Positions 10,541 through 20,025 of a stretch of 64,000 nt of DNA are shown piece after piece; position 1 is the first letter of the stretch; each line of letters opens with the position of its first letter. The notes under the pieces were generated by a model. That model ran no database searches. It saw only the letters and a program-made list of their open reading frames with translations, and had not been told where the DNA came from. The translations under genes and the position numbers were made by a program. The stretch comes from a virus: the IMG/VR virus record IMGVR_UViG_3300020455_000006, positions 32,001-96,000 of that record; one strand, given 5' to 3'.

Positions 10541-11545
10541 ATGGCAGATAGATCAGATAAGTGGCATCATACCATGTGTAGGTATCTTGGATTGCACCAA
10601 GATACCTTTTTTGATTTTGGCATTCTGCCAGGTGTATGCAGAGAAGCATTAGGTAGGAATGATTACCTTTATACTAAGAAAGGTACATTCAATAGCAATA
10701 AAGTATATGCTTGGTCTGACTATCACTATAAGAGACTGGTAAATCAACAAAGAGGTGTCGTACCATATTACGGTACAGCACCTTTTTTATGGGAACTTGG
10801 TAAGATAGCATATGCTCAAGAGAATACGCCAGAGTTTTATGCTTTACCTGCTGGATCGTTATTTTTTCTACCGAGAGATGATCAATGTACCATAAGAGAG
10901 GAAGAATATGAAAGTGTACAACGTATTATAGATGATATACCAAGACCTGTCACTTTCTTAGTACCATGGCGTAGTTGTGACATATGGAAGTATTGGGATA
11001 AATTGAACCTGGGTGAATCCAGCACTGTGATCCAGATGTCTGATCCAGAAACGAGACAATATACATTAGCAACACTTTTATTACAACATGAGCATATCTT
11101 TATACCATGGCCAGGTACAGATGTATATTATGCTGAGTTCTTAGATCGGCAGGTACATGTCTATGATGATATTACAAAATATAGAACCAAGAAACCACAT
11201 GAACAAGAAAGATTTGGTTCGACTGTCTTATTATATCTGAAGTGGGGATATGATTATCTGAATGATATGCAAAAAGAATTTTTTCATCTCACGGAGAAGT
11301 GGGACACTCTTCACCAGCAGGATAGAAAGTTTCTAACAAGTAAAATGTTAGGTCTTGATGCTATAAAATCTCCTAACGTATTATACAATGAACTTGTAGA
11401 GAATAAATTTATAACTGACGGCAGGTTTGGATCACCGATCCAGAGTGAATATGAAAACGCTTATATTTACTTAAAGGAAAAGATTGAAAAATCTTATAAT
11501 TCTAAATGTTCTCAGGTAGTATTAGACCTTTACAATAAACTCTAA
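10541..11545 (+). CDS. Hypothetical protein, possibly glycan-modifying
   Basis: 334 aa, aromatic-rich, next to the sugar cassette; function inferred from context only. Confidence 0.55.
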   Translation: MADRSDKWHHTMCRYLGLHQDTFFDFGILPGVCREALGRNDYLYTKKGTFNSNKVYAWSDYHYKRLVNQQRGVVPYYGTAPFLWELGKIAYAQENTPEFYALPAGSLFFLPRDDQCTIREEEYESVQRIIDDIPRPVTFLVPWRSCDIWKYWDKLNLGESSTVIQMSDPETRQYTLATLLLQHEHIFIPWPGTDVYYAEFLDRQVHVYDDITKYRTKKPHEQERFGSTVLLYLKWGYDYLNDMQKEFFHLTEKWDTLHQQDRKFLTSKMLGLDAIKSPNVLYNELVENKFITDGRFGSPIQSEYENAYIYLKEKIEKSYNSKCSQVVLDLYNKL

Positions 11546-12429
11546 TTTCTCATATATCCGAAGTGTTTTGAAATATCTTCACTCATAAAGAAATCATTAT
11601 CATGTATGCCTCGGTCATCAATATATTTGTTTGCTCTTGGTTTACCAAAGAATAACTTATGATACTTTACACCCCAACTAGCAAGTTGTGCTTCAGTTCT
11701 TGATCTACAATGATAATCTGCTTCACGTTGTTGGCAATTTATGTCATCTGGATACCTACCAGTACTATGAATAAATCCTCTTGCAGTCATAAGATATATT
11801 GTAGCACCATCCTCATATAGTTTATTTACTTTTTGAATACGATCTCTTCTTGGTATAGCATCCCATGGACTACCATCATGAGGTTCAGTCAATGTGCCGT
11901 CAATATCAATACAGTATATGTCGTCTCTTTTCTCAGTTACATCATCATATCTTTGTACAATTTTGGGTAGTTCTGGTAATATAACTCCAGTCTGTTCCAT
12001 TATTTCATATATTGTTGACAAAGCTTTCACTTCAAAATGATGATAGTGTGTCGCATCAATTACAATCGTTTCTATCGTTTCATGTTTATCTGGTGCTATG
12101 AGTAGTGTTTCTGTTGAACCACCATAGGGTGCGGTGATTGATATTTTTTCCAATTCTTGTGTAAGAGGACTATTGACACGACAAGTGATACCTATGATAA
12201 GATCAGCACCTTCATTAGCATATCTTATCCATTCGTGTTTCCAATCTCCATCACCACCTAAAGCAGTAAGACTAATACTATCAGGAGCAAAACAAAATTT
12301 ACCAGTGTGACGATAGATATCACTTGCCATGTGTTGAGCAATGGCAAGATTACCACCATTACCTATCAATGCAATTCGTTTTGCATCAGAAAATAATTTT
12401 AGTGATTCAGTAGATAGTTTTCCGTCCAT
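11542..12429 (-). CDS. SIS (GmhA-like phosphosugar isomerase) and HAD phosphatase fusion
   Basis: N-terminal IGNGGNLAIAQHMASD (GmhA-like); C-terminal HAD motifs DIDGTL, MTARG, GKP, YIDDRG. Confidence 0.75.
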   Translation of the reverse strand: MDGKLSTESLKLFSDAKRIALIGNGGNLAIAQHMASDIYRHTGKFCFAPDSISLTALGGDGDWKHEWIRYANEGADLIIGITCRVNSPLTQELEKISITAPYGGSTETLLIAPDKHETIETIVIDATHYHHFEVKALSTIYEIMEQTGVILPELPKIVQRYDDVTEKRDDIYCIDIDGTLTEPHDGSPWDAIPRRDRIQKVNKLYEDGATIYLMTARGFIHSTGRYPDDINCQQREADYHCRSRTEAQLASWGVKYHKLFFGKPRANKYIDDRGIHDNDFFMSEDISKHFGYMRN

Positions 12430-13220
12430 GTTTTTGCTTTTTCTCGTAGTATGTGAGGTAGAAAGGTAAAACGATTATCATGCAATGATATATCTATACT
12501 TTTACTCAATCCGAAAGTTTTACAATAATCTCCTGTATCAAGACTAAAGGTCTCATAAGGTATTTTATAGTACTCTAGTAAATTTTTCAAGTATTTTTCA
12601 AATCTTCGTGATTCATTGATATTATTCGTGATAAATTCAACATATCCATCTTCTCCTCGTTCTTCTAATACTTTTGTAGAACCCTCAAGAAAAAAGTTAT
12701 GAACCCAATCATACAAATTTTCTTTATACACTAAGATATTACATCTATTCCTAAGTTCGTTCAAACTATATTCCAAATCTACATTCATTGGTGGTTGTCT
12801 CATTCTCATATTCCAATTCATTTCCCTGCTACCAACACCAGAGCAATATCCTAATGATGTAAGTGGGTTGACTACTATATCTGACTCATATATTCGTGGA
12901 AACATTTTATATAAATTTATTGGAAATTGAGCAAACTTACTTTTATCAGTAAAACTCATGCCAGAGTTCTCCGATCTTTGAGACAATACTTCGTCTATAG
13001 TTTCTAAATGTCTTACTTCATACCAACTCTTGAGTTCGTGTGAAAATTTATTTTCCCAATTCCATTCGTATGAGTGATAACCATTACCACATGGTTTCGT
13101 TATGATAGTAAATGGAATGTAACCTGCATTTAAAAGTGAGTAAGATTTCTGATTATATTGGAATAAACTTCTGATAAAAAACTTACCACTTTTGACACCG
13201 CCAAAATAGGTATATTTCAT
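12399..13220 (-). CDS. Hypothetical protein, possible degenerate sulfotransferase fold; paralog of 13925..14932
   Basis: FGGVKSGKFF N-terminus; shared C-terminal L..Y.IPY..F.LD..DY..FG motif. Confidence 0.5.
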   Translation of the reverse strand: MKYTYFGGVKSGKFFIRSLFQYNQKSYSLLNAGYIPFTIITKPCGNGYHSYEWNWENKFSHELKSWYEVRHLETIDEVLSQRSENSGMSFTDKSKFAQFPINLYKMFPRIYESDIVVNPLTSLGYCSGVGSREMNWNMRMRQPPMNVDLEYSLNELRNRCNILVYKENLYDWVHNFFLEGSTKVLEERGEDGYVEFITNNINESRRFEKYLKNLLEYYKIPYETFSLDTGDYCKTFGLSKSIDISLHDNRFTFLPHILREKAKTWTENYLLNH

Positions 13221-13918
13221 AAATTTTTTTCTACTTCGTCTATATGATGTGGGCGATCAACTGCTCTGACTTTGCCACACTTCAAATCAAATGGCACTAC
13301 ATCATACTTACCACAGAATCCTATGGTATCGAGACCATGCCAATACTGAACAAATGTCATATCACAATTAGGAAAGTCCACGATCACATCTTTCTTATAC
13401 ATGTATAACCCTAACTGAGTGACAATATTATCACATATCACATCACATTTTCTTTGCATGTGAGTGACCACTCCGTTATTCAAAATCATTTTGACAACAT
13501 CTTCGTCCTCTATCTCCTCTGGTTCTAGTTCTCTAGATGATTGAAGTACGTCTATATTATTATCAACACCATATCGTATCATATCGTCTATCCATTTCGG
13601 GTTGGTGAGTGGTTCATCACCTTGCAGGTTGAAAATAAAATCCGCCAGCAGATCTCCAGCGACTTCAGCAACTCTATGAGTACATGTATAGTGTGAAGAG
13701 GTAACTATACTGTCAAAACCATTTTCATTTGCTAAATCTTGTATGATCTTATCTTCAGTTGCAATAATTATTCCATCAAGATACTCAGACTGCTTTGCTA
13801 TATCTGCCACTCTCAGCACCATTTCCCTACCCTTGATCTTAGCAAGTGGTTTATTAGGAAATCGACTAGAACCCAATCTAGCAGGGATAACACAGATAAT
13901 TTTTTTGTTTTGATACAT
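13217..13918 (-). CDS. kdsB: CMP-Kdo synthetase-like cytidylyltransferase
   Basis: IPARLGSSRFPNKPLA.I.G, IIATED, NLQGDEPL, GLYMY, AVD.P motifs. Confidence 0.8.
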   Translation of the reverse strand: MYQNKKIICVIPARLGSSRFPNKPLAKIKGREMVLRVADIAKQSEYLDGIIIATEDKIIQDLANENGFDSIVTSSHYTCTHRVAEVAGDLLADFIFNLQGDEPLTNPKWIDDMIRYGVDNNIDVLQSSRELEPEEIEDEDVVKMILNNGVVTHMQRKCDVICDNIVTQLGLYMYKKDVIVDFPNCDMTFVQYWHGLDTIGFCGKYDVVPFDLKCGKVRAVDRPHHIDEVEKNL

Positions 13919-13924
13919 GTGGTA

Positions 13925-14932
13925 CTATATCATGTCAGTTATTCTACCCGATAAACGAGTGTCTGTCAATCCACGAACTGTCACATATTCACTTGCCATA
14001 TCTTCAAGCATCTTACGTTTATGCTCTGTTACTGGATTATTCGTGTCAAAATTAGGGTGTGAGTATTTTTTATCTAGAACTATTTTACAACCAAACTGAC
14101 TATAATCGTCCTCATCAAGGTTGAAGTGGTCGTAAGGTATATTATAGTCTTGTAATGCTTGTTCTATATCTCTTTGCTGTCTAGTAAAATCGTCTAGATG
14201 ATTCCATATTATCTCCTTATCCCTTTTGTATGCGTCTATAATTGTATTGAAAAATACAGGTCTACCCGTTAGTTTCGTATAATTCTTAGATTGCTTTGGT
14301 GGGTCAAACATATTTAATTTACTTATCATACTATCAAGGATATTTACTTTATAAGGTATAAGATTCGTGGTATTTTTGAGAAGTGATATGATTTTTGGTG
14401 TTGTGATATATATTCTTTGATAGTTGACAATACCTAATAGATGATGTGGTCTTATGAGTATCTCTCCATCAAACATATAGTCTAAAGCAAACTCCCATGT
14501 ATTTGGTGCATGATTCAAGAATGGTTCATAATCATCAATATTAGTGAATTGTTTATCTAACCCTCGTCTATCAGAACTGTCTGTGATAATTTTATTTTTA
14601 TAAAATTCTGTGGTTCTATGATCTACAAAATTATATTTTTCCATATAACTATACGATTTCTCTTTCAAAGGGTTTTTTACCCTAGTTGTTCTATATAATA
14701 CTCGAACTAATTTATTTTCATTTCGTGGTTTGTAATAGTGATACCACTCTTGTTTCTTAGGTTCTGGATAAATATATCTATCGAATTTATAGGTATTATT
14801 AGTAAAGAACACATGTTGTCGTTCATTGAACTCAAACATTCTGTTCAAGTGGTCACTACCACTATTTACAGCACCCCAGTAGACAAATTTCATAATATTA
14901 TCTATACTACTTCCATATATTAGCACCTTCAT
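13925..14932 (-). CDS. Hypothetical protein, paralog of 12399..13220
   Basis: WGAVNSGSDHL motif; C-terminal LQDYNIPYDHFNLDEDDYSQFG. Start may be 14893. Confidence 0.55.
   Translation of the reverse strand: MKVLIYGSSIDNIMKFVYWGAVNSGSDHLNRMFEFNERQHVFFTNNTYKFDRYIYPEPKKQEWYHYYKPRNENKLVRVLYRTTRVKNPLKEKSYSYMEKYNFVDHRTTEFYKNKIITDSSDRRGLDKQFTNIDDYEPFLNHAPNTWEFALDYMFDGEILIRPHHLLGIVNYQRIYITTPKIISLLKNTTNLIPYKVNILDSMISKLNMFDPPKQSKNYTKLTGRPVFFNTIIDAYKRDKEIIWNHLDDFTRQQRDIEQALQDYNIPYDHFNLDEDDYSQFGCKIVLDKKYSHPNFDTNNPVTEHKRKMLEDMASEYVTVRGLTDTRLSGRITDMI
14880..14908 (+). promoter_or_regulatory. sigma70-like promoter TAGACA-N17-TATACT
   Basis: 17-bp spacing, upstream of ATG 14931, inside the opposite-strand gene. 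Confidence 0.5.
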
Positions 14933-15350
14933 GGCGATACCGCACCCACCCAGAGCAGAGAACTATGGAAATCAAGATCTAGACCCTCGTTGGGAGATAG
15001 GAGATTTCAAGGTTGGGGATATAGTTGAGTGCTTTCTTTGTCTCAATGGTACAATGCAACCAAGCAAACCTGACTGTGGTGTCATATCATTTGTATCAGG
15101 TGGGTACATGAGTTTGTGTGTTGGTTGTAATGCAGAGGGTAGAGCAATCAATGTTTGTATCAATCAACTCTATCATATAAGAATACTACAGGAACATGAA
15201 TATACCAAACTGGATACATCACTCCAAAAAGGTTGCCAAACCAAGAAAGCGACCACAGGCATTGAGACAGGCGAGGAAGAGACGCTCGCAGTTTCTCACA
15301 CGCTTGAAAAGAGAATCGAAACTTATCCTCTCGAAGCGAAATCATACTAG
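14931..15350 (+). CDS. Hypothetical protein
   Basis: FKVGDIV..GVISFVS..YMSLCV SH3-like core; its C-terminus overlaps the next gene. Confidence 0.5.
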   Translation: MAIPHPPRAENYGNQDLDPRWEIGDFKVGDIVECFLCLNGTMQPSKPDCGVISFVSGGYMSLCVGCNAEGRAINVCINQLYHIRILQEHEYTKLDTSLQKGCQTKKATTGIETGEEETLAVSHTLEKRIETYPLEAKSY

Positions 15351-15357
15351 ACAATAA
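15196..15357 (+). CDS. Small basic cyanophage protein (53 aa)
   Basis: Read manually: MNIPNWIHHSKKVAKPRKRPQALRQARKRR...; resembles a recurrent cyanomyovirus peptide. Confidence 0.65.
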   Translation: MNIPNWIHHSKKVAKPRKRPQALRQARKRRSQFLTRLKRESKLILSKRNHTRQ

Positions 15358-15405
15358 TAATATTGGCACATGGGGGTGTACATATAGAATAGTTGTGACT
15401 ATAAT
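15349..15405 (+). promoter_or_regulatory. Early promoter: dyad AGACA-N10-TGGCACA with -10 TATAAT
   Basis: Same architecture recurs about 12 times between 15.3 and 29 kb. Confidence 0.75.
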
Positions 15406-15428
15406 GAATAGTATATACACCAAATATA

Positions 15429-17639
15429 ATGCCAGTCAACATTGAAATCAAAGGCAACCTTGCCAAGTTACTAGCAACTGAGAATCTTATCATTGAGCAT
15501 AAGGCAGTTGACACAGCATCATTTGATGTTCAGAGAAGAGTTCTTACTCTTCCACAATGGGATACAGACAGCAACTATATCTATGATATGCTTGTTGCTC
15601 ATGAAGTGGGTCATGCACTACACACACCTAATCGCAACTACAAGTTAGAAGAAAAATACAAAGACATACCACATGATTATGTCAATGTAGTTGAAGATGC
15701 TCGCATTGAGAGATTGATGAAGCAGAGATTTGCAGGGTTGAATAGAGACTTCTATAAAGCATACGAAGAACTACATGCTAACAACTTCTTTGAAGTAGAT
15801 GATGAAGATGTCAATGATCTCAAACTTGTTGATAGAATCAATCTATACTTCAAGATTGGTGCATATCTTTGCATTGACTTCAATGATGAAGAGAATCAAA
15901 TCATCACAGAGATTTCACAGGCAGAGACATTTGACCAAGTTCTTGAAATATCTAAGAAGTTACATCAATTAGGTAAGAAACAAAAGCAAGAAGTAGATGC
16001 ACAACATCAAGTAAACATTGAAGTTGCTCTCAAAGAAATGAAAGAAGATGAGAACGGAGAACTTGCTAATCCACTTACATTTGAACCAACTGATGAGTCA
16101 GATGATGATGCACTTGAGATCGAGGGCAAGGGTAATACACCAGATCAACAAACTGATGAAGATGTTGATGATGAAGAACCAGAGGTAGATACTACCATCA
16201 AGGCAGGGAATCATGGCAACATTGAAGAGTCTGATACACAGAGATCATTTGACAAAAATGCTCATGAACTCGCACAGTCACAAGATCGGAGAGAAATTAC
16301 TTATGTAACTATTCCTAAGATTGACATTGACTCAGTAACTATAAAGTTTGAGACAGTCAGAGATTCACTCAAGAAACATTTTGCATCTAAGAGTTTTGAT
16401 ACATCATCTGAACATCAATATTCAGTAACTTCATGGAACAACTCACTTGATGAAATGTTCAAGAGATACAATGACTATAAGAAGTCAGCAAGAAAAGATG
16501 TCAACAACCTAGTCAAAGAGTTTGAAATGAAGAAGTCAGCAGACTCTTATTCTAGATCAGCAACAGCAAGGACTGGTATGCTTGATATGAACAAGTTACA
16601 CACATACAAGTATAACGAGGACATATTCAAGAAAGTCACAGTCATACCAGAGGGCAAGAATCATGGTCTAGTATTTCTACTTGACTGGTCTGGTTCTATG
16701 CACAACCAATTAGAGGATACTCTAAAGCAGTTGTTCAATCTTATATGGTTCTGTCGTAAGGTTCAGATACCATTCGAGGTATATGCTTTCACAAATGACT
16801 CATGGATACTTGACCCTAGAGTATCAGAGGACGCTACGAGATCATACGCATGGCAGAGAACTCTACCCAAGCATCACACACCCGAACTCAATGAGTTGGT
16901 AATCCCTGAGACTTTCCGTATGGTAAACATACTATCAAGTCAGCAACGTGGTAGAGACTTAGATGAAATGATGAAGTTATTATACATGCAGACTCTAGCA
17001 ATGTGTAATCACTCATACTGCAACTATGACCATAAGTTTGCACTATCAGGTACACCACTCAATGAAGCGATTATCTCACTTGGTCAGATAATCAAACAGT
17101 TCATCAAGTCAAGTGGTATTCAGAAGTGTCATACAGTTATATTGACTGATGGAGACGCATTTCATTCTGAATATGCTTACAAATTTTATGAAGATGGAAA
17201 TTCAGTCAATAGATCAGTTTACTCTGGTGGGTTCATGATAAGACATGGTTCTAGAACATATAATGGTGGTAATGGTCATTCTGACTTTACTTGCAGTCTA
17301 ATCAAGGCAGTAAAAGATGATCTACCTAATACATCATTCTTAGGTATCAGAATCCTTGAGAGAGACTACAGACATTTCTACATGCACTATGCTAGAAACT
17401 CTTACATGGACTTCGAGGAAATGAAAGCACAGAACCGCAAAGAGGGTATGATACATTTCAAATCCAATTCATTTGACAAGTGGTATGGTATCTCAGGTAA
17501 TAAATTACAAGATGATGCTGAACTAGAGGTCAATCAAGGTGCTGACAAGAGATCAATCTCTACCGCTTTCAAGAAGATGAACAGAGGTAAGAAAACTAAC
17601 AAGGTCATGGTAAAACAATTCATAGACCAGATAGCATAG
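15429..17639 (+). CDS. CobT-like HExxH peptidase / VWA protein
   Basis: HEVGH, NVVEDARIE, acidic linker, MIDAS LLDWSGSM, GTPL, LTDG. Confidence 0.85.
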   Translation: MPVNIEIKGNLAKLLATENLIIEHKAVDTASFDVQRRVLTLPQWDTDSNYIYDMLVAHEVGHALHTPNRNYKLEEKYKDIPHDYVNVVEDARIERLMKQRFAGLNRDFYKAYEELHANNFFEVDDEDVNDLKLVDRINLYFKIGAYLCIDFNDEENQIITEISQAETFDQVLEISKKLHQLGKKQKQEVDAQHQVNIEVALKEMKEDENGELANPLTFEPTDESDDDALEIEGKGNTPDQQTDEDVDDEEPEVDTTIKAGNHGNIEESDTQRSFDKNAHELAQSQDRREITYVTIPKIDIDSVTIKFETVRDSLKKHFASKSFDTSSEHQYSVTSWNNSLDEMFKRYNDYKKSARKDVNNLVKEFEMKKSADSYSRSATARTGMLDMNKLHTYKYNEDIFKKVTVIPEGKNHGLVFLLDWSGSMHNQLEDTLKQLFNLIWFCRKVQIPFEVYAFTNDSWILDPRVSEDATRSYAWQRTLPKHHTPELNELVIPETFRMVNILSSQQRGRDLDEMMKLLYMQTLAMCNHSYCNYDHKFALSGTPLNEAIISLGQIIKQFIKSSGIQKCHTVILTDGDAFHSEYAYKFYEDGNSVNRSVYSGGFMIRHGSRTYNGGNGHSDFTCSLIKAVKDDLPNTSFLGIRILERDYRHFYMHYARNSYMDFEEMKAQNRKEGMIHFKSNSFDKWYGISGNKLQDDAELEVNQGADKRSISTAFKKMNRGKKTNKVMVKQFIDQIA

Positions 17640-17683
17640 TGTCACATGGGTTGGTTGCCAACCCATTTTACTTATGGTACGAT
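17625..17683 (+). promoter_or_regulatory. Early promoter: dyad plus TTGCCA-N17-TACGAT
   Basis: GACCA-N10-TGTCACA (17640) followed by sigma70 hexamers; implies the ATPase starts at 17714. Confidence 0.7.
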
Positions 17684-17713
17684 AAGTACGAAGCAAACAT
17701 TCATTCAAAATTC

Positions 17714-18889
17714 ATGCCTACTACCTACGATTCAGATTTCCATATCAACAACATAGTTGAGAAGTATGGTAAGAAACTAGATGCTGACATGGTAAAGGCA
17801 TATTGTGATGACAACCCAATAGGGTATCAGACCATCACAAAGTTTCTAAACAGATACAAAACCAAGCGAGGACATTGGAATGTAACTGTCAAGCAAGCGA
17901 AAGCACAACTTGAGCAGTCATTTCAACAACCCTCTGCACCAATACAACAACCAGTTGTAGTTCCCACTCAATCCAAAGTTGGTCTTGCTAAGACTAGCAT
18001 TGATGTTGAGAACCTTGTACCAGAGAAAGACCCAACATTTGTAAAGTTTGGTCAGTTCCCTGATCTCAAGAAAGTGATCGCTTCCAAACTATTCTACCCT
18101 GTATTCATTACAGGTATGTCTGGTAATGGTAAGACATTCGGTGTTGAGCAAGCAGCAGCAGAGACAGGCAGAGAACTAATTAGAGTCAACATCACAGTCG
18201 AGACTGATGAAGATGACCTTATTGGTGGATTCAGACTTGTCAATGGCGAGACTGTATGGCACAACGGAGCAGTCATTGAAGCATTAGAGCGTGGTGCTAT
18301 CTTATTACTTGATGAGATTGATCTAGCATCTAATAAGATCATGTGTCTACAGTCCATACTAGAGGGCAAGGGTGTGTTTCTCAAGAAGATTGGAGAGTAC
18401 ATCAAACCCAAGCATGGATTCAACATCATTGCTACTGCTAACACAAAGGGTAAGGGTTCTGATGATGGTAGATTCATTGGCACAAATGTACTCAATGAAG
18501 CGTTCCTTGAGAGATTCCCAGTTACCTTTGAGCAAGAGTATCCTACTGTCAAGACAGAGATCAAGATACTCACATCACTATCTGAGCAACTCAAGATACC
18601 TATGATAGGAGAGCATGAGAAGTTCATCAAGCACCTTTGTGACTGGTCTGACATAGTTCGCAGAACATTCAAGGAGGGTGGTGTTGATGAGATTATCTCA
18701 ACTCGTAGACTAACTCACATCATTAGAGCATACTCTATCTTTGGCAACAAAGAGAAAGCAGTACAAATCTGTCTCAATAGATTTGATGAAGAAACCAAAG
18801 AGTCATTCTGGTCACTCTATACTAAGTTAGATGAAACTGTGGGTGTACAACCTGATACAGAAGACCCTAACAGTCCATACGCTACATAA
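17714..18889 (+). CDS. cobS: CobS/MoxR-like AAA+ ATPase
   Basis: Walker A GMSGNGKT, Walker B LLLDEID, ATANTKG, NEAFLERF, ISTRRL. Confidence 0.9.
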   Translation: MPTTYDSDFHINNIVEKYGKKLDADMVKAYCDDNPIGYQTITKFLNRYKTKRGHWNVTVKQAKAQLEQSFQQPSAPIQQPVVVPTQSKVGLAKTSIDVENLVPEKDPTFVKFGQFPDLKKVIASKLFYPVFITGMSGNGKTFGVEQAAAETGRELIRVNITVETDEDDLIGGFRLVNGETVWHNGAVIEALERGAILLLDEIDLASNKIMCLQSILEGKGVFLKKIGEYIKPKHGFNIIATANTKGKGSDDGRFIGTNVLNEAFLERFPVTFEQEYPTVKTEIKILTSLSEQLKIPMIGEHEKFIKHLCDWSDIVRRTFKEGGVDEIISTRRLTHIIRAYSIFGNKEKAVQICLNRFDEETKESFWSLYTKLDETVGVQPDTEDPNSPYAT

Positions 18890-18892
18890 TGT

Positions 18893-19015
18893 ATGGACGA
18901 AATAGAGTTTATACCAGAGGAGGGTTTGGATATTCAATTCACACCCTCTGACAACCTAAAAGAGGATATGTCAGAGGAGGAGTGGACTGCATACCTAGCA
19001 ATCTTTCAAACCTAA
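18893..19015 (+). CDS. Small acidic hypothetical protein (40 aa)
   Basis: Read manually: MDEIEFIPEEGLDIQF...; lies between cobS and a terminator. Confidence 0.5.
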   Translation: MDEIEFIPEEGLDIQFTPSDNLKEDMSEEEWTAYLAIFQT

Positions 19016-19032
19016 CTTACAATATTCTAACC

Positions 19033-19064
19033 AACCTATCGGTCATAGTACTGGTAGGTTTTTT
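19033..19064 (+). terminator. Rho-independent terminator
   Basis: AACCTATCGGT-loop-ACTGGTAGGTT stem with G-U pairs, followed by a T run. Confidence 0.7.
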
Positions 19065-19192
19065 ATTGTTTATGTAAAGTTTTGTTACTATCTCAACACA
19101 TACTATAGACAGGTTTGGAACTACCCTGTACAATAAAGTACATGAGGGTTGATTGATTGCTTCCCTCTAAATGTCCTTTATTATTCTTGATA

Positions 19193-19414
19193 ATGAGTTA
19201 CAAAATCAACAATTCAAGTGCTATCGCAAACGTAGATTTCTCAGACAACAACAAGGTGTCTGTTCAGTTCACAACTAGCGACACACCTTATGAGTTTCTT
19301 GCAAAAGATTCTTCTCTTGTAAGAAATGGTCTTGAGAGTGCTATCAACAAAGGCGATTCAGTTGGTCGTTTGATTGCTTCTTATAGAGCAAGTGGCGAAT
19401 TGACAGCAGTATAA
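19193..19414 (+). CDS. KTSC-like small protein
   Basis: SSAIANVDF..VSVQFTTS..YEF pattern; upstream TAGACA-N17-TACAAT-like promoter. Confidence 0.55.
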   Translation: MSYKINNSSAIANVDFSDNNKVSVQFTTSDTPYEFLAKDSSLVRNGLESAINKGDSVGRLIASYRASGELTAV

Positions 19415-19436
19415 TCATACTGCCTATGATATTCAT

Positions 19437-19463
19437 ACCCACACTCTATGTGTGGGTTTTTTT
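19437..19463 (+). terminator. Rho-independent terminator
   Basis: ACCCACAC-TCTAT-GTGTGGGT followed by a T run. Confidence 0.75.
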
Positions 19464-19471
19464 ATTCTAAC

Positions 19472-19759
19472 ATGAGTTACATGACTAACAACACAACCAT
19501 TGAGTTGATGAGAGAACTGGACGAGTCAGTTCAAAGAGTCAAAGAACTCAACAGAATCATCAACAAACTTCACACCGCTATTATATGTGATAGCGAAGAA
19601 CTAGAGGATTTGGTAGAATTGACAAGAACCTATGCAAACTATAGCATCAGAGACTTGGAGAATTCCTACCTACACACTTTCAATACTGTTATCAAAAATG
19701 ATAAAGTAGTTCCGTTTCCTATCAAGAAACAATTTGTACATTTAGATGAGGACGCATAA
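19472..19759 (+). CDS. Hypothetical coiled-coil protein
   Basis: ORF; start moved downstream of the terminator. Confidence 0.55.
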   Translation: MSYMTNNTTIELMRELDESVQRVKELNRIINKLHTAIICDSEELEDLVELTRTYANYSIRDLENSYLHTFNTVIKNDKVVPFPIKKQFVHLDEDA

Positions 19760-19760
19760 C

Positions 19761-20024
19761 ATGACATTTGCATTTTTGAGTGGATTAGCAGAACTATGGG
19801 AAGCAGTTGATTGGCAAGATGTTCCCATATTCTTTGTATGTCTATTTGGTTTATACTGGGGAAAGAATTGGATTGACCTTAGATTTGCTCGTAAGAAAGC
19901 ACAGATAGTACATAGAGTCAAGATAGTGGGAGATTCCCATATCAACATAGACCATGCACACATAGATGAGATAGAGCATAATCATGTTGAAGGAGACGTA
20001 AACACTCACAATAAGACTTGGTAA
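19761..20024 (+). CDS. Small membrane protein with His-rich tail
   Basis: Hydrophobic VPIFFVCLFGLYWG followed by HINIDHAHIDEIEHNHVEGDVNTH. Confidence 0.55.
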   Translation: MTFAFLSGLAELWEAVDWQDVPIFFVCLFGLYWGKNWIDLRFARKKAQIVHRVKIVGDSHINIDHAHIDEIEHNHVEGDVNTHNKTW

Positions 20025-20025
20025 A

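Noticed and set aside
17639-17713. Longer annotated starts (17639, 19448, 26855, 28458, 31792)
   Set aside because: They fall inside promoters, terminators, repeats or neighbouring genes; downstream starts fit the RBS and coupling better.
19128-19141. Single GTA-N8-TAC (GTACAATAAAGTAC) overlapping a -10 box
   Set aside because: Lacks the inner CA..TG pattern of the array, and isolated hits are expected by chance in AT-rich DNA.
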